A DNA stretch of 64,000 nucleotides from Ancylonema sp. (Eukaryota): NCBI GenBank assembly GCA_050230475.1, contig JBFLGF010000072.1:1-64000 (forward strand). The letters run 5' to 3'. Below the pieces are notes generated by a model. The model was not told the origin of the DNA and ran no database searches. It worked only from the letters and a program-made list of their open reading frames with translations. Every line of letters starts with the position of its first letter. Positions within the stretch are counted from its first letter, which is position 1. Below are positions 12,662 through 26,032 of the stretch, piece after piece. The position numbers and the translations under genes were made by a program.

Positions 12662-14239
12662 GAGTATATGCATATGTATATGTATACGTATATGTATATG
12701 TATATGTAATATGTAATATGTATACGTATATGTATATTTGTATGTATACGTATACGTATATGTATATGTGTATGTATGTATATAAGTGAACTGTAGTTGT
12801 TGGTGAATGATACATGTGCGTGGTCATGGTCATGGTCATGGTCATGGTTATGGTTATGGTTATAGTTATCCTTACGTGACAGATGATGATGAAGAAGACA
12901 CAACAATGAAGACGAACGCGAGAGTGGATACTTATATGGTTTTGGTAGACCGTGTAAGAACTACTCATGAATCACAAATCGTGGGTACTCAGTTGTGGAT
13001 CCAAAATGGAACATGGAATGGCATTGGAGGTCGAGGTGATCATACATTGTAAATAAGGAAGAATATTAAGGAAGAATATTAAGGAAGAATATTAAGGAAG
13101 AATATTAAGGAAGAACAAGCATGATAAAACAACAGTAGTAAGGAACAGTATCAAACAACAATCAAGGAATGAAGGATGAAGAACACTTAATGTGGCCATT
13201 GAGCATTGATCATTGACCATTGATCCTACCTCCCCTCTCCACTATTCCTTCAGATTGGGCTCAGTGGGGAACAGCCATCGGGTTTTCCGCCCTGCCAGCG
13301 GGGAAGCTGCCAGGTCAGCATGGGGACCACGTGGCAGGTGGATGACGTGGTATCGACCCTCACCTCACCTCCCCTCCTTGCATCTGTGGGGTTGGGATGG
13401 GGGTTGGGGTTCAGGGAAATGGAGTTATCCGAGTTGCTCTCCAAATACGTCAAGGAAGTTTCCTGGAAGGCTGCAGAGGACGGGTGGAGGGATGAGGCAG
13501 AGAAGGCACAGGATCAGGTGGGGGAGGTCAAAAAGTAACCGCGGTTACCTTGGGCCATGTCGGGATCTGACCCCGGTTCCCTTGGGCGGTTCCCCAGTGC
13601 ATGCATGGCCCCAAATGCAAAACGGGTCCGAGTTGCACCGTGGGAAGAAGGATTCAGCTGCTGCACATTTTGGCTGGGCTCATTTTCCCGATATGGGGAA
13701 CCATCGAGCACGCCCTCAGCACCCAGGTACGGGTACGGATACGGGTACGGATACGGATACGGGTACGGGTACGGGTGCAGATACGGGTACGGGTGCTGAG
13801 GTGTACGGAAGCTGCTACCCACTATTCTAGGTGGCATGGTGGAGGGGGTGCAAACAAAGAGAGGGTTTGGGAATGGGGTTTGGGGTTCAGGATCGTGCGA
13901 TCAATCGTCGTTTGCGCGTGTATCGTTTGGAGACGAGTGGGCCCGAACCAAAGAGGATCGTGGGGGTGCACATACCCGGACCCGCGGTGGAGGCGGTTAT
14001 GGAGGGTGAGGGGGGCGGGGAGGGATGGGGAAGGGAATTGAGGGAAGAGGAGTTTTGGGCTCAAGAGTGTCAATTAATACCTCCTCTTGGTTATAAATTG
14101 GTGGTTTTCCGGCTTCCCCCCCCCCCCCTCTATGTCTTCCTTCCTTTTACCTCTTCTCCCCCCCCCCAATTTTGTCCCCCCCTTGTTTCCTCTAGGTCTT
14201 ACCACGATTCAATGCAAGGAGGTGTTGGGAGAGGGGTAG
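3976..14239 (+). CDS. FGT1: FORGETTER1 / EMB1135 (Strawberry notch homolog): N-terminal zinc ribbons, SF2-like AAA_34 domain, PHD finger, Helicase_C_4; over 20 exons
   Basis: Exons join in frame at GT-AG sites and encode CxxC...CxxC twice, [64 protein letters not shown], a PHD finger (CHKC...CATC...HLRC...WLCSEC), [30 protein letters not shown] and [14 protein letters not shown]. Last exon 14196-14239 ends ...EVLGEG*. Confidence 0.95.
7290..7500. repeat. Intronic (TTCGTATGTACA)n 12-bp minisatellite
   Basis: About 10 near-perfect tandem copies inside FGT1 intron 7088-7586. Confidence 0.9.
12440..12865. repeat. Intronic compound microsatellite (TATATG)n followed by (GGTCAT/GGTTAT)n
   Basis: Visible hexamer periodicity. 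It produces the spurious [12 protein letters not shown] ORFs. Confidence 0.9.
13055..13115. repeat. (AAGGAAGAATATT)n 13-bp tandem repeat, 4-5 copies
   Basis: Direct tandem copies inside an FGT1 intron. Confidence 0.9.
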
Positions 14240-15679
14240 GGGCAATGCGAGGTGGACACGGATTGGATATAGTGCATCGAGACGCAATAAATCTAAGACG
14301 TGTTTGTTGAATTCTATTCACTAGATGCAAGCATAGACTTAGAGGGGAAGAATCAAAATATTTGAAAGAAGTCAACGTTGACCAAGTCAAAAGAGCGAAA
14401 TATTTACATGCAGTCGTCAATATGGAAGCGCATGTGTCATATGTGGACATGTCATATGTGGACATTGACATCAAGTATGGTATTTTTTTTACCGATTGTA
14501 TTACCCTAGCACTAGGCGAGGAGTTACCAAGAGGTTCTTAAGGGCTCGCCATTCTTGTTTGTGTGATTTGGTGTGAATGCAATCGTTATTTGGGTGCTGC
14601 AAGATGCCAATCATTAGAATCAAAATAAAGCGAACTATTCATGTGGAATGACAACTCGTTCGATTTTTGTGTGTTTGGTATCGGATGTTGTTGTTTTTCT
14701 CCGAACTGTTGCCTCCATGCTACCCGACTGAAATCTCATTCGAGACTCACCAGAGATACCAATTAGAAATTCCGTATGAGGGCGACATGCTCTGTTGTTG
14801 ATGATTTCCACAAACCTTGTACGCTTTCGCGCGTTAACATGCATTTGTGATGCGGATTTCGTGGAGTGTTCACAATACAGTATACTATGTAGGCATTGCT
14901 ATCTTCATCAACATACATGTCCGCCATACTCCGGTCCTTCTAAATCGTTTCCAAACCGGTTCCGGTTCTCAATACGAACTTCGGACGTCCGGAACCGAAC
15001 GTCATACGTCTGTGTTGACTTAAAACCCATGAATTGCGGAATGTGCATAATGTGTAGAATGTGTCACAGTTGCCGCATGATGGAAATGTAATGGACACGT
15101 ATACGAAGGGTTGGATTATAAACTCGCTCACGCTGAAATAGCGAAGGAACGCAAAGTGGATGAAACCTCGCTCAATGAAGACGGAGATACCAAAATATTA
15201 CAATATTAAAAGGAAACAAGATGTGTCTTACATTCACCGTTTGTGCAATATAAGTTCAAAAAACGGACGTGCGAAATGATCGCGCGTATGTCAACAACAT
15301 CCGCAACGCCAACCGTCTCTGTAGCCGATCAGTAGGCAACCTGGTGTCAACATGCCCCTTGATCACTCGCAAGTTGGGTTTCCAACCAACACACTAGAAA
15401 GCAAAGGAGATCGCGCTACAAAGCAATCGCTTGCTTCCACAACCACAATCCGTTGAGCAACCTCGGTCCAACATGATTTGTTGTACCCTCATGTATAATA
15501 GTCGCACCTCTTCAATCTCAAAATATACTCCTACACGGCATTTTATACTTCCGGTGCATAGGCACGTTAAGGGACGAGCATAGTCATGAACATAAGTTAC
15601 TAAAGGAGGTGCAACATTAAAAATCCAAACCCTGAAAATTCGTTAATGAGACCATTAATGTGAATTTCAAGTTGAAGTT

Positions 15680-16558
15680 GCACGAACCTTCGGATCCGGG
15701 TTCGAAGGTCCGTATCTCGGACCGGGGTCCATCCTTGGAGGAAAAAAATTGGTACTTTCAGATTTTCTTTAATGGTTTGGCGAGGTTTTACGTGGAGAAA
15801 TATTTCCGGCAACGTTTGTTTTGCAATGATACACCTAGACAAGGCCCGTATTCTGTACGGCACGTTTTCCACACGGGGCAGAGAGCAATCTGCCATCCGT
15901 GGCAAATGCAAACGTCGTACGGATTTGCTCGCAAACGTCCGGAATACGTCCGTGAAATGCGGCAAACGTGTACAGGCTGTACGGATGCAAACGTTTGAAA
16001 TACGACCGTGAAATGCGGCAAACGTATACGGATGGTACGGATGCAAACGTTTGCGATCGGAAACGTATCCCTATAGTTTTTTTTTTTTGCATTCTGGAAG
16101 TTTTACTAAATATTGGTTACGTTTAAATGGTAATCGTCATGAACCAATGATGATGAGGCTTACAAACTTCCGTACTTTAGTTACCGGAAGTGTATTACAC
16201 GTAAACTAAAGTAATACGTTGTTGGCGTTTGCAAAACGTTTGCAAATCCAAACGTTTGCAAAAAAATTGCAAATGAAAACGTTTTGCAAACGCCGTTTGC
16301 AATATCCGCCGTACGCACGTACGCGTACGGCGTACGGCGTACGGCGTTTGTAGGCATTTTTGCCGTCCCGGTGCATCACTGTTGTTTTGTAAGTAAATGG
16401 GTCTTGTGCATGGTACACAAATTTCCAACAAATAAGAATGATGAAACTCCTTGCAATGTATATTTCCCCCCCTAATAATGCCCACCCAAAAAAAAAAAAA
16501 TCGCAGGTCCGTTTCGGTCCGCATCTCGGACCGAAGCGGGCCTCGGTTCCAAACCTTG
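15680..16558. mobile_element. Degenerate non-autonomous DNA transposon hosting the hAT MITE (possibly P-like)
   Basis: Palindromic unit GGTCCG(T/C)ATCTCGGACCG occurs near both ends (15707, 16516). The right end reads CAAGGTTTGGAACC on the minus strand. Left TIR and TSD are not resolved. Confidence 0.4.
15824..16381. mobile_element. hAT-like MITE
   Basis: Imperfect TIRs CAATGATACACCTAGAC / reverse complement CAGTGATGCACCGGGAC. Identical 8-bp TSD TTGTTTTG at 15816-15823 and 16382-16389. Many subterminal CAAACG/CGTTTG motifs. Confidence 0.85.
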
Positions 16559-19500
16559 AGTTTGCCGGTTCGGATGACTATGACTTCAATAACCTACGGT
16601 GAAATCCAAACTCCTAACAACTCTTTTAAAAACTCTTTAATTTATTTATAATAGCCCGTAATAATATGAAAACATACACTTAAAGTACTAAAATAACCTA
16701 GTTAAAGCATAGCGGCATGGGGAATGTTCGAGTCCCGCTTAGTTGCGTTTGTCAACCGACATAAACAAAACAAATTATCCTATCGATATCTTGTAAAACA
16801 TGTTGTATATGTGGAGTTGTTTGAGAAGCTCTGGTTGATACGGTTAGCTAAAGTGGATTTCGAAGCACGCGTTTCGGCCGCTTCACAAGTTATAAGAAAT
16901 ACAAAGTTTTCAGATATTTCGGGGCCCTTCCGATCTAGGATGATGCAAGGATCAACACGATTCAAGGAAGATGACGTGTACAAGCTTTTGAAATAGCATG
17001 TGAGGACATACATACTCTGTATACAAACGGGCACCGAGATCCTTACATGCTACCACTCGTTCTATCATTAGACACACCATTCTTGTGGTTCTAGAATCAT
17101 CGACAACCGGAGTCGTTGATTGTTTGGGAGTACTTGGATGATGAGGGTTGTTGAATTTTCGGGGTCGTTTTATGCATGGGTTGGAAAGACTTAAGTGCAT
17201 TAAAAACATGCATTTATCCTAGGCCTATTTGTACATTGAAAATACGGAAACGTATGAAGAGATAACGCACATCGAAAGCCACCTGAATACATACACAATT
17301 GATAAACTATTCGAAGAGCGAAAAACAGTTATCTCTTCGATTGCAGCTTGCCATAGTTCTCGTTCTTGTTTTTAGTCAATGGTAGGATGTAGCCTTGATT
17401 TTATTTTTTTTGTTGGTGATTAACAATTGAAGGACATTATATTTTTATTTATTGAGATTGATAATGTATCGAGTGGAAAACCAACGCTAGCTGATATATT
17501 TTGATATATAGGGTTGCAAAACTTCAGTCTGAACGTGTATACTAGTGCTTATAGTGTCGTTCCACTGCCCGGTGTTCATTGTTTTTCAGTATCTCTATGA
17601 CGTTTCTGGGACCGTGAGCTCTAAGGTGATGTTACCCGCAAGTTTCAATTGGGCGGTTTGAATACTATTGTAGTTCTTTGCGGTGCTCGTGTTGTGATTG
17701 GAAGCTTGACCTATTGTTTTGGGCCTTGAGAATATGGAATCGTCAATAATTGCAAAAGAAAGTTTGATAGCGATATCGAGAAAAGGTGTAACCCTAAGGT
17801 TCACTTCTATAATTTTGACAATGGCGAAACTACTACTAACGGCAAGCGGCTAAAGTTTTGGGTATTCTTATGCTCTCGTTTTGAGAAGTCGAGCAAATTA
17901 TGTATAATTTTAGTTGCCGATGGCTCGACAGTCGTCACCTTAGATGGACATAAGATTTTTTGCCATCGCCGGTTGTAAGACATTATAGAAATGGGTGAAG
18001 CGCAAACACAATAAATTCTCGAATAAGCTTTGAAGGGGATATTGTTGGTGCCAGCAACAATTTATTGGCTCAATTGCTCTAATGGTCAACAACCCAGGTA
18101 TCGGATGCCTGACACAGGGGAACCTTTCTAATAAAAGTACCTCTCTTAAGGAATAGATAACGTTGGGAGTTGTAATTATTCCAAACATTGCATGATTGAC
18201 TCTATAATCCCCCCCCCTTGAAGGAACATGTGAAGGAATGATGTACAGAGTCCGTATAGAGTCGTTCATATAAGTACACATCCGTAGTACGGATTCCATA
18301 CCGTAAATATACATATTTTCTAGTGGGAGACTCGGCGGAAAAAAAAACACGACCACGACGACCAATTTTAGTTCAATAACGTCGCAATCCTGTAAAAAAA
18401 GGTTTGATGTGACGTAATACCAAGACGCGTCATCCACAAACCAATCTTTAGATTGAAAGCACGTTTGAACGGATTTTCGGTTGGATATCGGCTTGATTTT
18501 CGTTGTTGGAACATTGGGACGGGTTTAAGGACATTTGGAACCAAAATTGTATAAAACAATAAAATGTAAAAAAAAAAAAAAAAAAATCCTCCCTTGCAAT
18601 AATTTCTGATTTAGTTTTAAACGTATTGAGATATGATAGTAAAAGAAGCACCAAGGTTGAGAGCAAGTGCGGAAGACTTGAAGAGTATCCAAATTGTTTT
18701 CCTTACTAAAAGGAGTCAAAAGCTTCATTAATCCCCTTAACTCGTACTTTTTGTGGTCATTGAGTAACGATTGCTATGAATTTTGCGGTGAGTTGATTAG
18801 GGAGGGGGTTATGGTAGCAAGCGTAATGAGCTTTTCCGGGAGAGGGTTAAATTTGTATGAGAGGAGGATGGCGGAAAGGAGTCTCCTAGGCCGAAAATAA
18901 TCACCACCTGAAGTCTTAAAAGCCTACAGCCATTATATAAAAAAAAAACCAACGGCGAAAAAACCAACGGCGCGGACAAAAATACTATGCCTCGGGTGTG
19001 CTATGTATGGGCAATCGACAAAGTTCCGGAGTCCTACTTAAAATGCTCAACTGTAATCAAGCCCATAAACCAATTTTGTGACAGTTGTCCTCCACAATAT
19101 CTGGTAATTGTCGGGCTTTTAATTAATCGTGATACCACGGGATGATGGGCAGTCAAGTCACGGTAGCTTACAAATTTACTAGTTCGAACTCATACCACAA
19201 TAACAATATTCAACATATCTAATACACGTTTTACGTATATGTAGCCTTCACGACCGTCACAAAACAATTATCGAGAAAAAAACAACTCATTCAAAACCCC
19301 AACACATAGTTAAATTTCGCACGTTATGTTGCTCCCCCAATTGACACTTCAAAGGAACTTGGTAGGCCTACTTACAATCACCAAATAGACAGCCTTCAAT
19401 TTCTCACATTCAATTTGCATCTTTACAACGTGCAAATCGACTCATGTCAACAACACACGGCTTCTCCGAGCATCTACCATCCCTCACACTATGCATGAAT

Positions 19501-20240
19501 ACATCCCTTGTACTTGGATTACTTGATATTTTGAAGTTTGAACTCCAACGCTCGAGTAACATAATACATCCTTGGGTGTGTACTATAATTGAAAGTCATT
19601 GCACAAATTGTGACCAAAGCGCATGAAGAACGAAATTGGCGACATGAATCAAAATACTCTGTCCATGCAAAGTAAATCAAAATCCTCTGCACCAAAAGAA
19701 AATTCAAGATCGACAAAATTAGAATCTCGTCTACAATGTAGCAAAAAAAAATTGCGATTGCAACACAAAGAAATGGTTCTTGCGAAGGGAACACAAAATA
19801 TTATGTTGATGAAACTAGATTTCATGCTTGGCCTAGAGGCGCACAGGAATTATCAGGGTCTGGGTATGGGTATGGGTATTGAACGAGGCAAGTCGAAGCT
19901 CGGCAATGTTTCCCCAATACAAATTGAGGAAGGCAACTGCCCGCTAAAATTAGACTTCAGTTTGCCCGCTAAAATTAGACTTCAGTTCACAATATTCTAC
20001 TTTGCTCATGACCTTCTCAGTTCAGGAGCCAAGCCATGATCGTAGGAATATGTGCGTCAATGAGAACAATCGACACAAATTTATGTATCAGAACCAGAAC
20101 ACTGAGTCGGTTTCCAGGCTTCACAGATTTGACATGATCATACGTTTTGAAATGGGTCGTTTCGGTCTCTAGAGTTTTTGAAAGTGTCCCGTATCTTCGT
20201 ATTTTTCCACAGAATGGTCGAATAAGAACTGACGCTTCAG

Positions 20241-21004
20241 TCATGGTCCAAAAACGCGGGCACGCCTAGAAACACAGAGTTAATTTCTGCCTGAAGGCAG
20301 ATGTGAATACCCAGTCCTTCTAATACTCGATATCACTAAGTAATATACATAAATATGTACAACTATATATGCATTTATATACACCTGCATACACATGTAT
20401 GTATATACGTATATATAGTGTGGGTGATCACAGCTTGTAAAGCAATGTATCTTTGACACCTTATGTCCCTGCTGCGAAAGGGGCCGAAGCACCCTGAAAC
20501 GTTCTTCCAGCTTGAAAGAGGGACATACCTGGAGCGCTTACTCATGTTCCAATCGACCTTTTCTTTGAACGCTCGGGTTCGTCTTCTGATCTCTCCTTCT
20601 TTCTTTAGCAAAAGTTTTTTCTCTGACGGTTTCATATACACCTGGCGTGCTCTCAACATTCGCGGAGAGCTCTCCTCTCGATATTTCCACTTGTACCGCT
20701 TAAGAGCACGTTCGACATCGTCATTTTTTACCTCAACATGCACAAAGCGCTCCTGCTGACGGTTCCTGAAGACTGAAGCACATAGGTGTGTAAAGGACTT
20801 CATACGGGAAGTTGCCATCAGATGCCCAAGAGGAGAAGCTGATACATTACTAGGCACAATTTTAGAAGCATTTGAAAAGGTACCAGGAGCCACAATCGGA
20901 AAAGATGCCAGTGAGAGATTCACGGAAATTCTTTGAGAGATGTCTGATGCGGATCCTCGCGCCACAGGCACAGAAAATAGAGCTCGTGCACAGTACTTCC
21001 ACAT
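20241..21004 (-). CDS. Organellar (probably mitochondrial) ribosomal protein S21 family protein with N-terminal targeting extension
   Basis: bS21 motif VEVKNDDVERALKRYKWKYREE...RARQVYMKPSEKK. Likely ATG at 21004 (MWKYCARALFS). Donor after 20529 (AG|GTATGT). Short terminal exon 20265-20241 is tentative. Confidence 0.8.
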
Positions 21005-21213
21005 GGCAAAAAACAAACTGTCCCTCTCCCACAACGATATCGTGATCGTATTCCTGCAACTGAGTGTCAGAGGAAGAGGAGTCTGCGGTGGACGTAGGGG
21101 CAGCCGAAATGTTGCTTTATCGGGTGGGGATCGCTGTGGAACCGGATGCGGGCAAGAGGGCTCAAGAGCGCCGAATATCCTCATGAGCTCGGAATGAGCG
21201 CAGCTTACATTTA

Positions 21214-21770
21214 CAGTGCAGTCTCGATATAGTGACAATTTTATGGACATGGGGATTTAATGTCACTATATCGAATGCTAGGGCTGTCACTCTACACTGT
21301 ATAGTGACATTATATAGGGTGACAACAGGCGAATGTCACTATATTGAGAGAACGTGAGATTCAGGTCGATATTTTTAACGGAGGTGGCTCATCTAAACGG
21401 CTTTCGTTATAACATCCTCTCGCTATAATAAAACCTATTTACATTACTAATGTTGGAACCATTAAAAAAAACTAAATTAGGCTTCCTATAATTTACGCGT
21501 CAGATTTTTAGTAAAAACTATTCGGGCGGAATATTATGCGTTAAAATAGACAGGTTATTAATTTCCACAGTATAAATTTAGACAGGTTTTACCGTATAGT
21601 GACATCGCAATACAAAAATCTGGGATTTTTTGGTCACTATAACGTGTGTCACTATAGCGATTGTCACTATATCGAGTAGGTTTTTATATAGGATGAGAAA
21701 AAGGGCAAAAAAAATGTCACTATATCGCGATTGTCATTGTACAGTGTGTCACTATATCAAGACTGCACTC
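21214..21770. mobile_element. pogo/Tc1-mariner-like MITE, family A copy 1
   Basis: TIRs CAGTGCAGTCTCGATATAGTGACA / TGTCACTATATCAAGACTGCACTC. TA on both flanks (21212-13, 21771-72). Repeated TATAGTGACA subterminal motifs. Confidence 0.9.
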
Positions 21771-22764
21771 TAGGAGTTTGCGCAGCTTGCAGCTTGGAGA
21801 TTTAGGCCCTAAAAAACACAGGCGGTAATTAATCAGGTAAAAAAAATAAGTAAAGGGTATCCCTAATTAAATTAAACAATAGTCTTCCAAATATTGAATC
21901 CGACTCTGGTGCTTCTCTAAATCTTTGGTTTATTATTGGCTGTTTTTAGGAACATAGTTGCCTGTCCAGTTCCCGAGGTTGCATATAAGAGTGGGTGTCG
22001 TCCTTGGAGACCTAATCTCAGATCCGCGGTAGTGACATACGGTGCTCTAAATATTGTTGGGATATTGTTCACTTACCCATGTGCTTATAATTCCTTGCAC
22101 ACCTATGCTACCCATTCTTGGCAAATCAACCAATCCCTGCGGTATTTACGGAGTGTGCAGACTTGCCAAAGACTTGAACCCGTTCATCAACATGGTTTGG
22201 TGCGATATCATGCACAATCTTGTGGTTCTTTCATGTCACAATGAGAGTTCCTCATCACTTTGTGTGGAGGAGCGCTTTTACGTATCTATAAAACCAGCAG
22301 CTTCCGATACTAGCATAGATGGGAATGTGATTCTGTTGCATTCGTGAACCACACTATATGGTCTTATGGTGTCTATCTGTGTGCATGCGTCACCCTCCAC
22401 AAACACGTATGCATCTACGTGGGTAAAACATCGTGTATTTGTGCATGATTTATTTCTTGCATTAATGTAACAACAAATCAACCATCAAATGGGTATCATT
22501 TCGTACTCCGACCAACTTCCATGAGGTAAGCACGTGCCCACAATGCACACTCTCGATGCATAGTGTCTTGATATGCAAACCAAGAAGACAAGTGACGTGC
22601 CACAGTTTTGGCAAACCGCGAACCAACCACCGGCCGCTTGTAAGAATGGTTCGCCAATTTGTCTACTTGTTCTCGACAACCACACCATTCTTTGAAACAC
22701 GATCTAGGCATCCATGGAAAGGAGCCCAAAACTTCGCCTTGTTCATACTATCAGTTACGATCAC

Positions 22765-25184
22765 TCTACCAAGGCTCAGGTAAAGGGTCCGGAGGAGAAA
22801 CTTGTGCGGTTTGCGACCACGCCCTCTCTGCTAGCATGAGGTGCACGCGCTGAAGGACACTCTCGAGCGCAACATCTTCGCGGGCTTCAAGAACGTTTTC
22901 AGAATTGCATCCTGAGGCGGCTAGTTGTCGTTGCTGCGCAAGAAGAACAATCGAAAGTATGGAGACAAAGGAGAATTCTCACTTTTACATAGCACGTCAA
23001 AAGTCTATATGATGTCTTGAATACTTTGATCGCCGGATGAAAATTTGGTGATGCAGAGTGGATTTTCTGTCCAAGAGGTGTTGTGGGCAAAGGTGAGGCA
23101 CAATCTGTTGTGGTAAAATGATTGAAGTAAATATCGAATCCAATAACTTCAAGAAGAATTTGAAGCTCCTCACCCTCTTCTCTGAATACGCATCTAAATA
23201 TATTTGCGCCAACGAATACATTCCACAATGCACCAACAACACGCCGTAGTCGCGCCCCTCCTTCTCATCCACACCCAGAAGAACCAAACGCTCGCTCACT
23301 GCCAAAGGTGGAAAGACCAGGAGGCTACGACTCAGTAGGCGACAGTTTGCTTCGGACAGAGGTACGTTAGACACAAGGAGTGGAATCCCTGGCCTTGACA
23401 GACTGCTAAAGCTCTTCCGCCTTTACCGGCTAAAGCTCTTCTCATATCTCCAAAGCCTGCGCTGCTCCAGATGCCCCGTTGCAACCGGTGACTGGACATT
23501 CGGGCCGCTGCCAGCTCAGCCCCGCTGCCAAGTGCGTGAGAGAGCAGATGTGAGGGTTGGCAAGTGAAGCACAAATGAGTTAAACAGTGGGGTCATTGTG
23601 TCCACACCTAGAGCTGTTGGAGGTAGGCCCCGGTGTGGGTCCCATGATACCCATGCCAGTGCCCCGCGAGTTGGCGGCAGCAGCTTCCAGGAAACCGCTC
23701 CCTCCACTAGACCCTCTGCTCCACCTCCATGGCCAGTACAACTCTTTCAGGCCGCGAAGCACCTGAAGCAACAAAGCGGGTCCACAGTCCACAGTACACA
23801 GTTCACAGTTCACAGTCCACTCCGGAACAACAGCCTTTCCGACCCCTACCTCGTACAAGAGCAGCTTGGGCGTGAGAACCACAGATCCCGCCACCTCCCC
23901 ATCCTCTTCTCTCGTTTCGGCCACTCTTGGTCGTGGCAAGGTGGTGAAGTCCAGCGGGACTTCCATTTCCACACGGAACGAAATGGCCCCCAGGTGCCGC
24001 AACCGGCTTGCCAGCTCACTATAGATGAGCGCCAGCATGACGGGGGTGCCAACTCGCCTGGTTAACACCTGAAGGCAGACATCCATACACAGACAACGAC
24101 AAGGACTGGCTGAGCGAGCACGGTGTGAAGTCCCAGAGGTCACCCTTGTGGTCTGGTACGGAATTATACACTTCAAAACTACTAACAGTGGAACTGCTGA
24201 CCTCACCTCGTTAAGATAGTAGTCACGCGCATCTGGCGGACCCGTCAAAGATGACCGCGAAAATCCCTGCACTCGATCATGGAGAGCCATGAGTGAGAAA
24301 ACTGTAGGCTGCACTCAGATGGGTTAAAATTGTCACCAGGGTTTCCATACCATGTACCCGTAGATGTACGAGTCCATGGCTTGGAACACGGCCTCTGCAG
24401 TCCTGTCACAGGCTTTGGGGGGCAGATAGTGCCCTTCCACTTCGGTCGCCATGCTGTCCAAACGGGCCAAGTAGGCGTTGACGGGCAAGGGCACGGGGGA
24501 GTGCGAGATGAGAGCATCATCCTCCGCAGCGATATCTAGAGCTGCTCTTGCCAGGTCGGCGGCTGCAGACTCCAACTGGGCAGAAGCACCGTCCTTCAGA
24601 TCTCCATGGCGGCGAGCCTTTGAGATTCCCGCAGCAAAGGAGTCTCGGGCAGCCTGGTCATATGAACAACCCCCTTAAGGATATTAGAAGTCCAAAAAAA
24701 TGTGCCATGTCATGAAGGAATGCTGCTGCTTGCCCAACAGCACAAGAGTACCCCAGCACCAGGATCAACGGAAAAAACTCATTTGTGCCCTCCTTTCTCT
24801 CACCCTTGCATTTGCTGTATCTAGTCCCCTCTTGTCCAGCATGTCATGAAGACCAAAAACATCGGAGTCTGATGGGCATGCGCTGCTATCCTTCTGTGCA
24901 GACCTGGTGAGCACTGGTCCTCGAGTACATACTTTTGATTCTGCCTTCCCCTTCCAGCAGTCAGCAGGTGTATGAAACGGGTCCCAGAGACTCGAGCATC
25001 GGAATGGATTTCTGTTGCAAATTATATTTACGTTATTGGGTGCATCAGTGGATGAAGCACAAAGTGGTAATAGAGTCCGCTGCAGGGCTTTGAGTGGAAA
25101 GCTAGTGGTCGCAAATTTTCTGGAAATTCCTTCTTGCCAGTCCCCTAATGTAAATTCAGAGGGATGCACGCAATGTGCAGACAT
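22765..25184 (-). CDS. SirB1 / transglutaminase-like (Transglut_core2) family protein with putative transit peptide; multi-exon
   Basis: Spliced exons give DLARAALDIAAEDDAL..., YLNE|VLTRRVGTPVMLALIYSEL, YWPW, GFGDMRRALA, SERLVLLG...GRDYGVLL and end ...PDPLPEPW* (TAG at 22765). These motifs match the plant/bacterial SirB1-type family as I recall it. Confidence 0.8.
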
Positions 25185-26032
25185 GGCGCTTGCCTATATA
25201 TTTGGCACAGTCAAAGACCCCCTTGCCTACGTCAAAGTCCGAGAAGTGGAAATCGATTGTGATGCTAGTCTGCTGCCCGGAAAATTTTCAGAGAAAAGCA
25301 TATTATTATAATGTTTACACATTATTGGTGTTGAAATGGGGACGGCATCGCTCTCGAAAGCGGTAGATGAGAAACGAGACGGGGCATGCAGAGACGAACA
25401 CTACCTCCTTCAGTTTCGATCTACTTCAATATTCACTGACCAGGAAAAAAAATGCACGTCGTGCACGACCGCACATACACCAATATTCCCCGACCAGTGA
25501 TCAGAAGTTGTGCGTCGAGGAAGCAACCTGTTATTCCCACTTCTAATCATTTCGCCAGACATTCCTTGCGTAGTTCTGATGAAAGTTGGAGCGAGTCATA
25601 GAATCGTTCACAACGACGTTCCAATATACCGGCGACCAGCAGCCAGCTTCACGATGACAACGGAACGCCGCGTGTTCACCACCTGTTCGTGTGCCAACTT
25701 TTAGTGGAGACGGCGCCATGTTCCAATCAGCGATTGGTGTAATTGCTTGTTTGCCACAACGATGCTGTTTGACCGACGGGGGGATGTCAGGTACATTTTG
25801 CAACTTTTTACCGCATCCGGCCACCGTGTCGTCATGAATGTTTGACAAATGGACATTCCGAAGTGCTAGACGAAGGCAAATAAGGCAACGAACGCAAACG
25901 TTGGGCACTCTCCCCTTAGCGCCCTGCCACACCATCACTGTCTGTAAGCAAGGCATTTAGAAAGGACACCTAGGTCGCACGTCGAACAACCACAAGCGTT
26001 TGCGATCACTGCCTATCTCCGGGAGGCTACGA

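Noticed and set aside
16700..19900. Short ORFs in the AT-rich intergenic tract (also 28900-29700 and 56300-59300)
   Set aside because: No recognisable protein motifs or resolvable TIR/TSD; probably old repeat debris.
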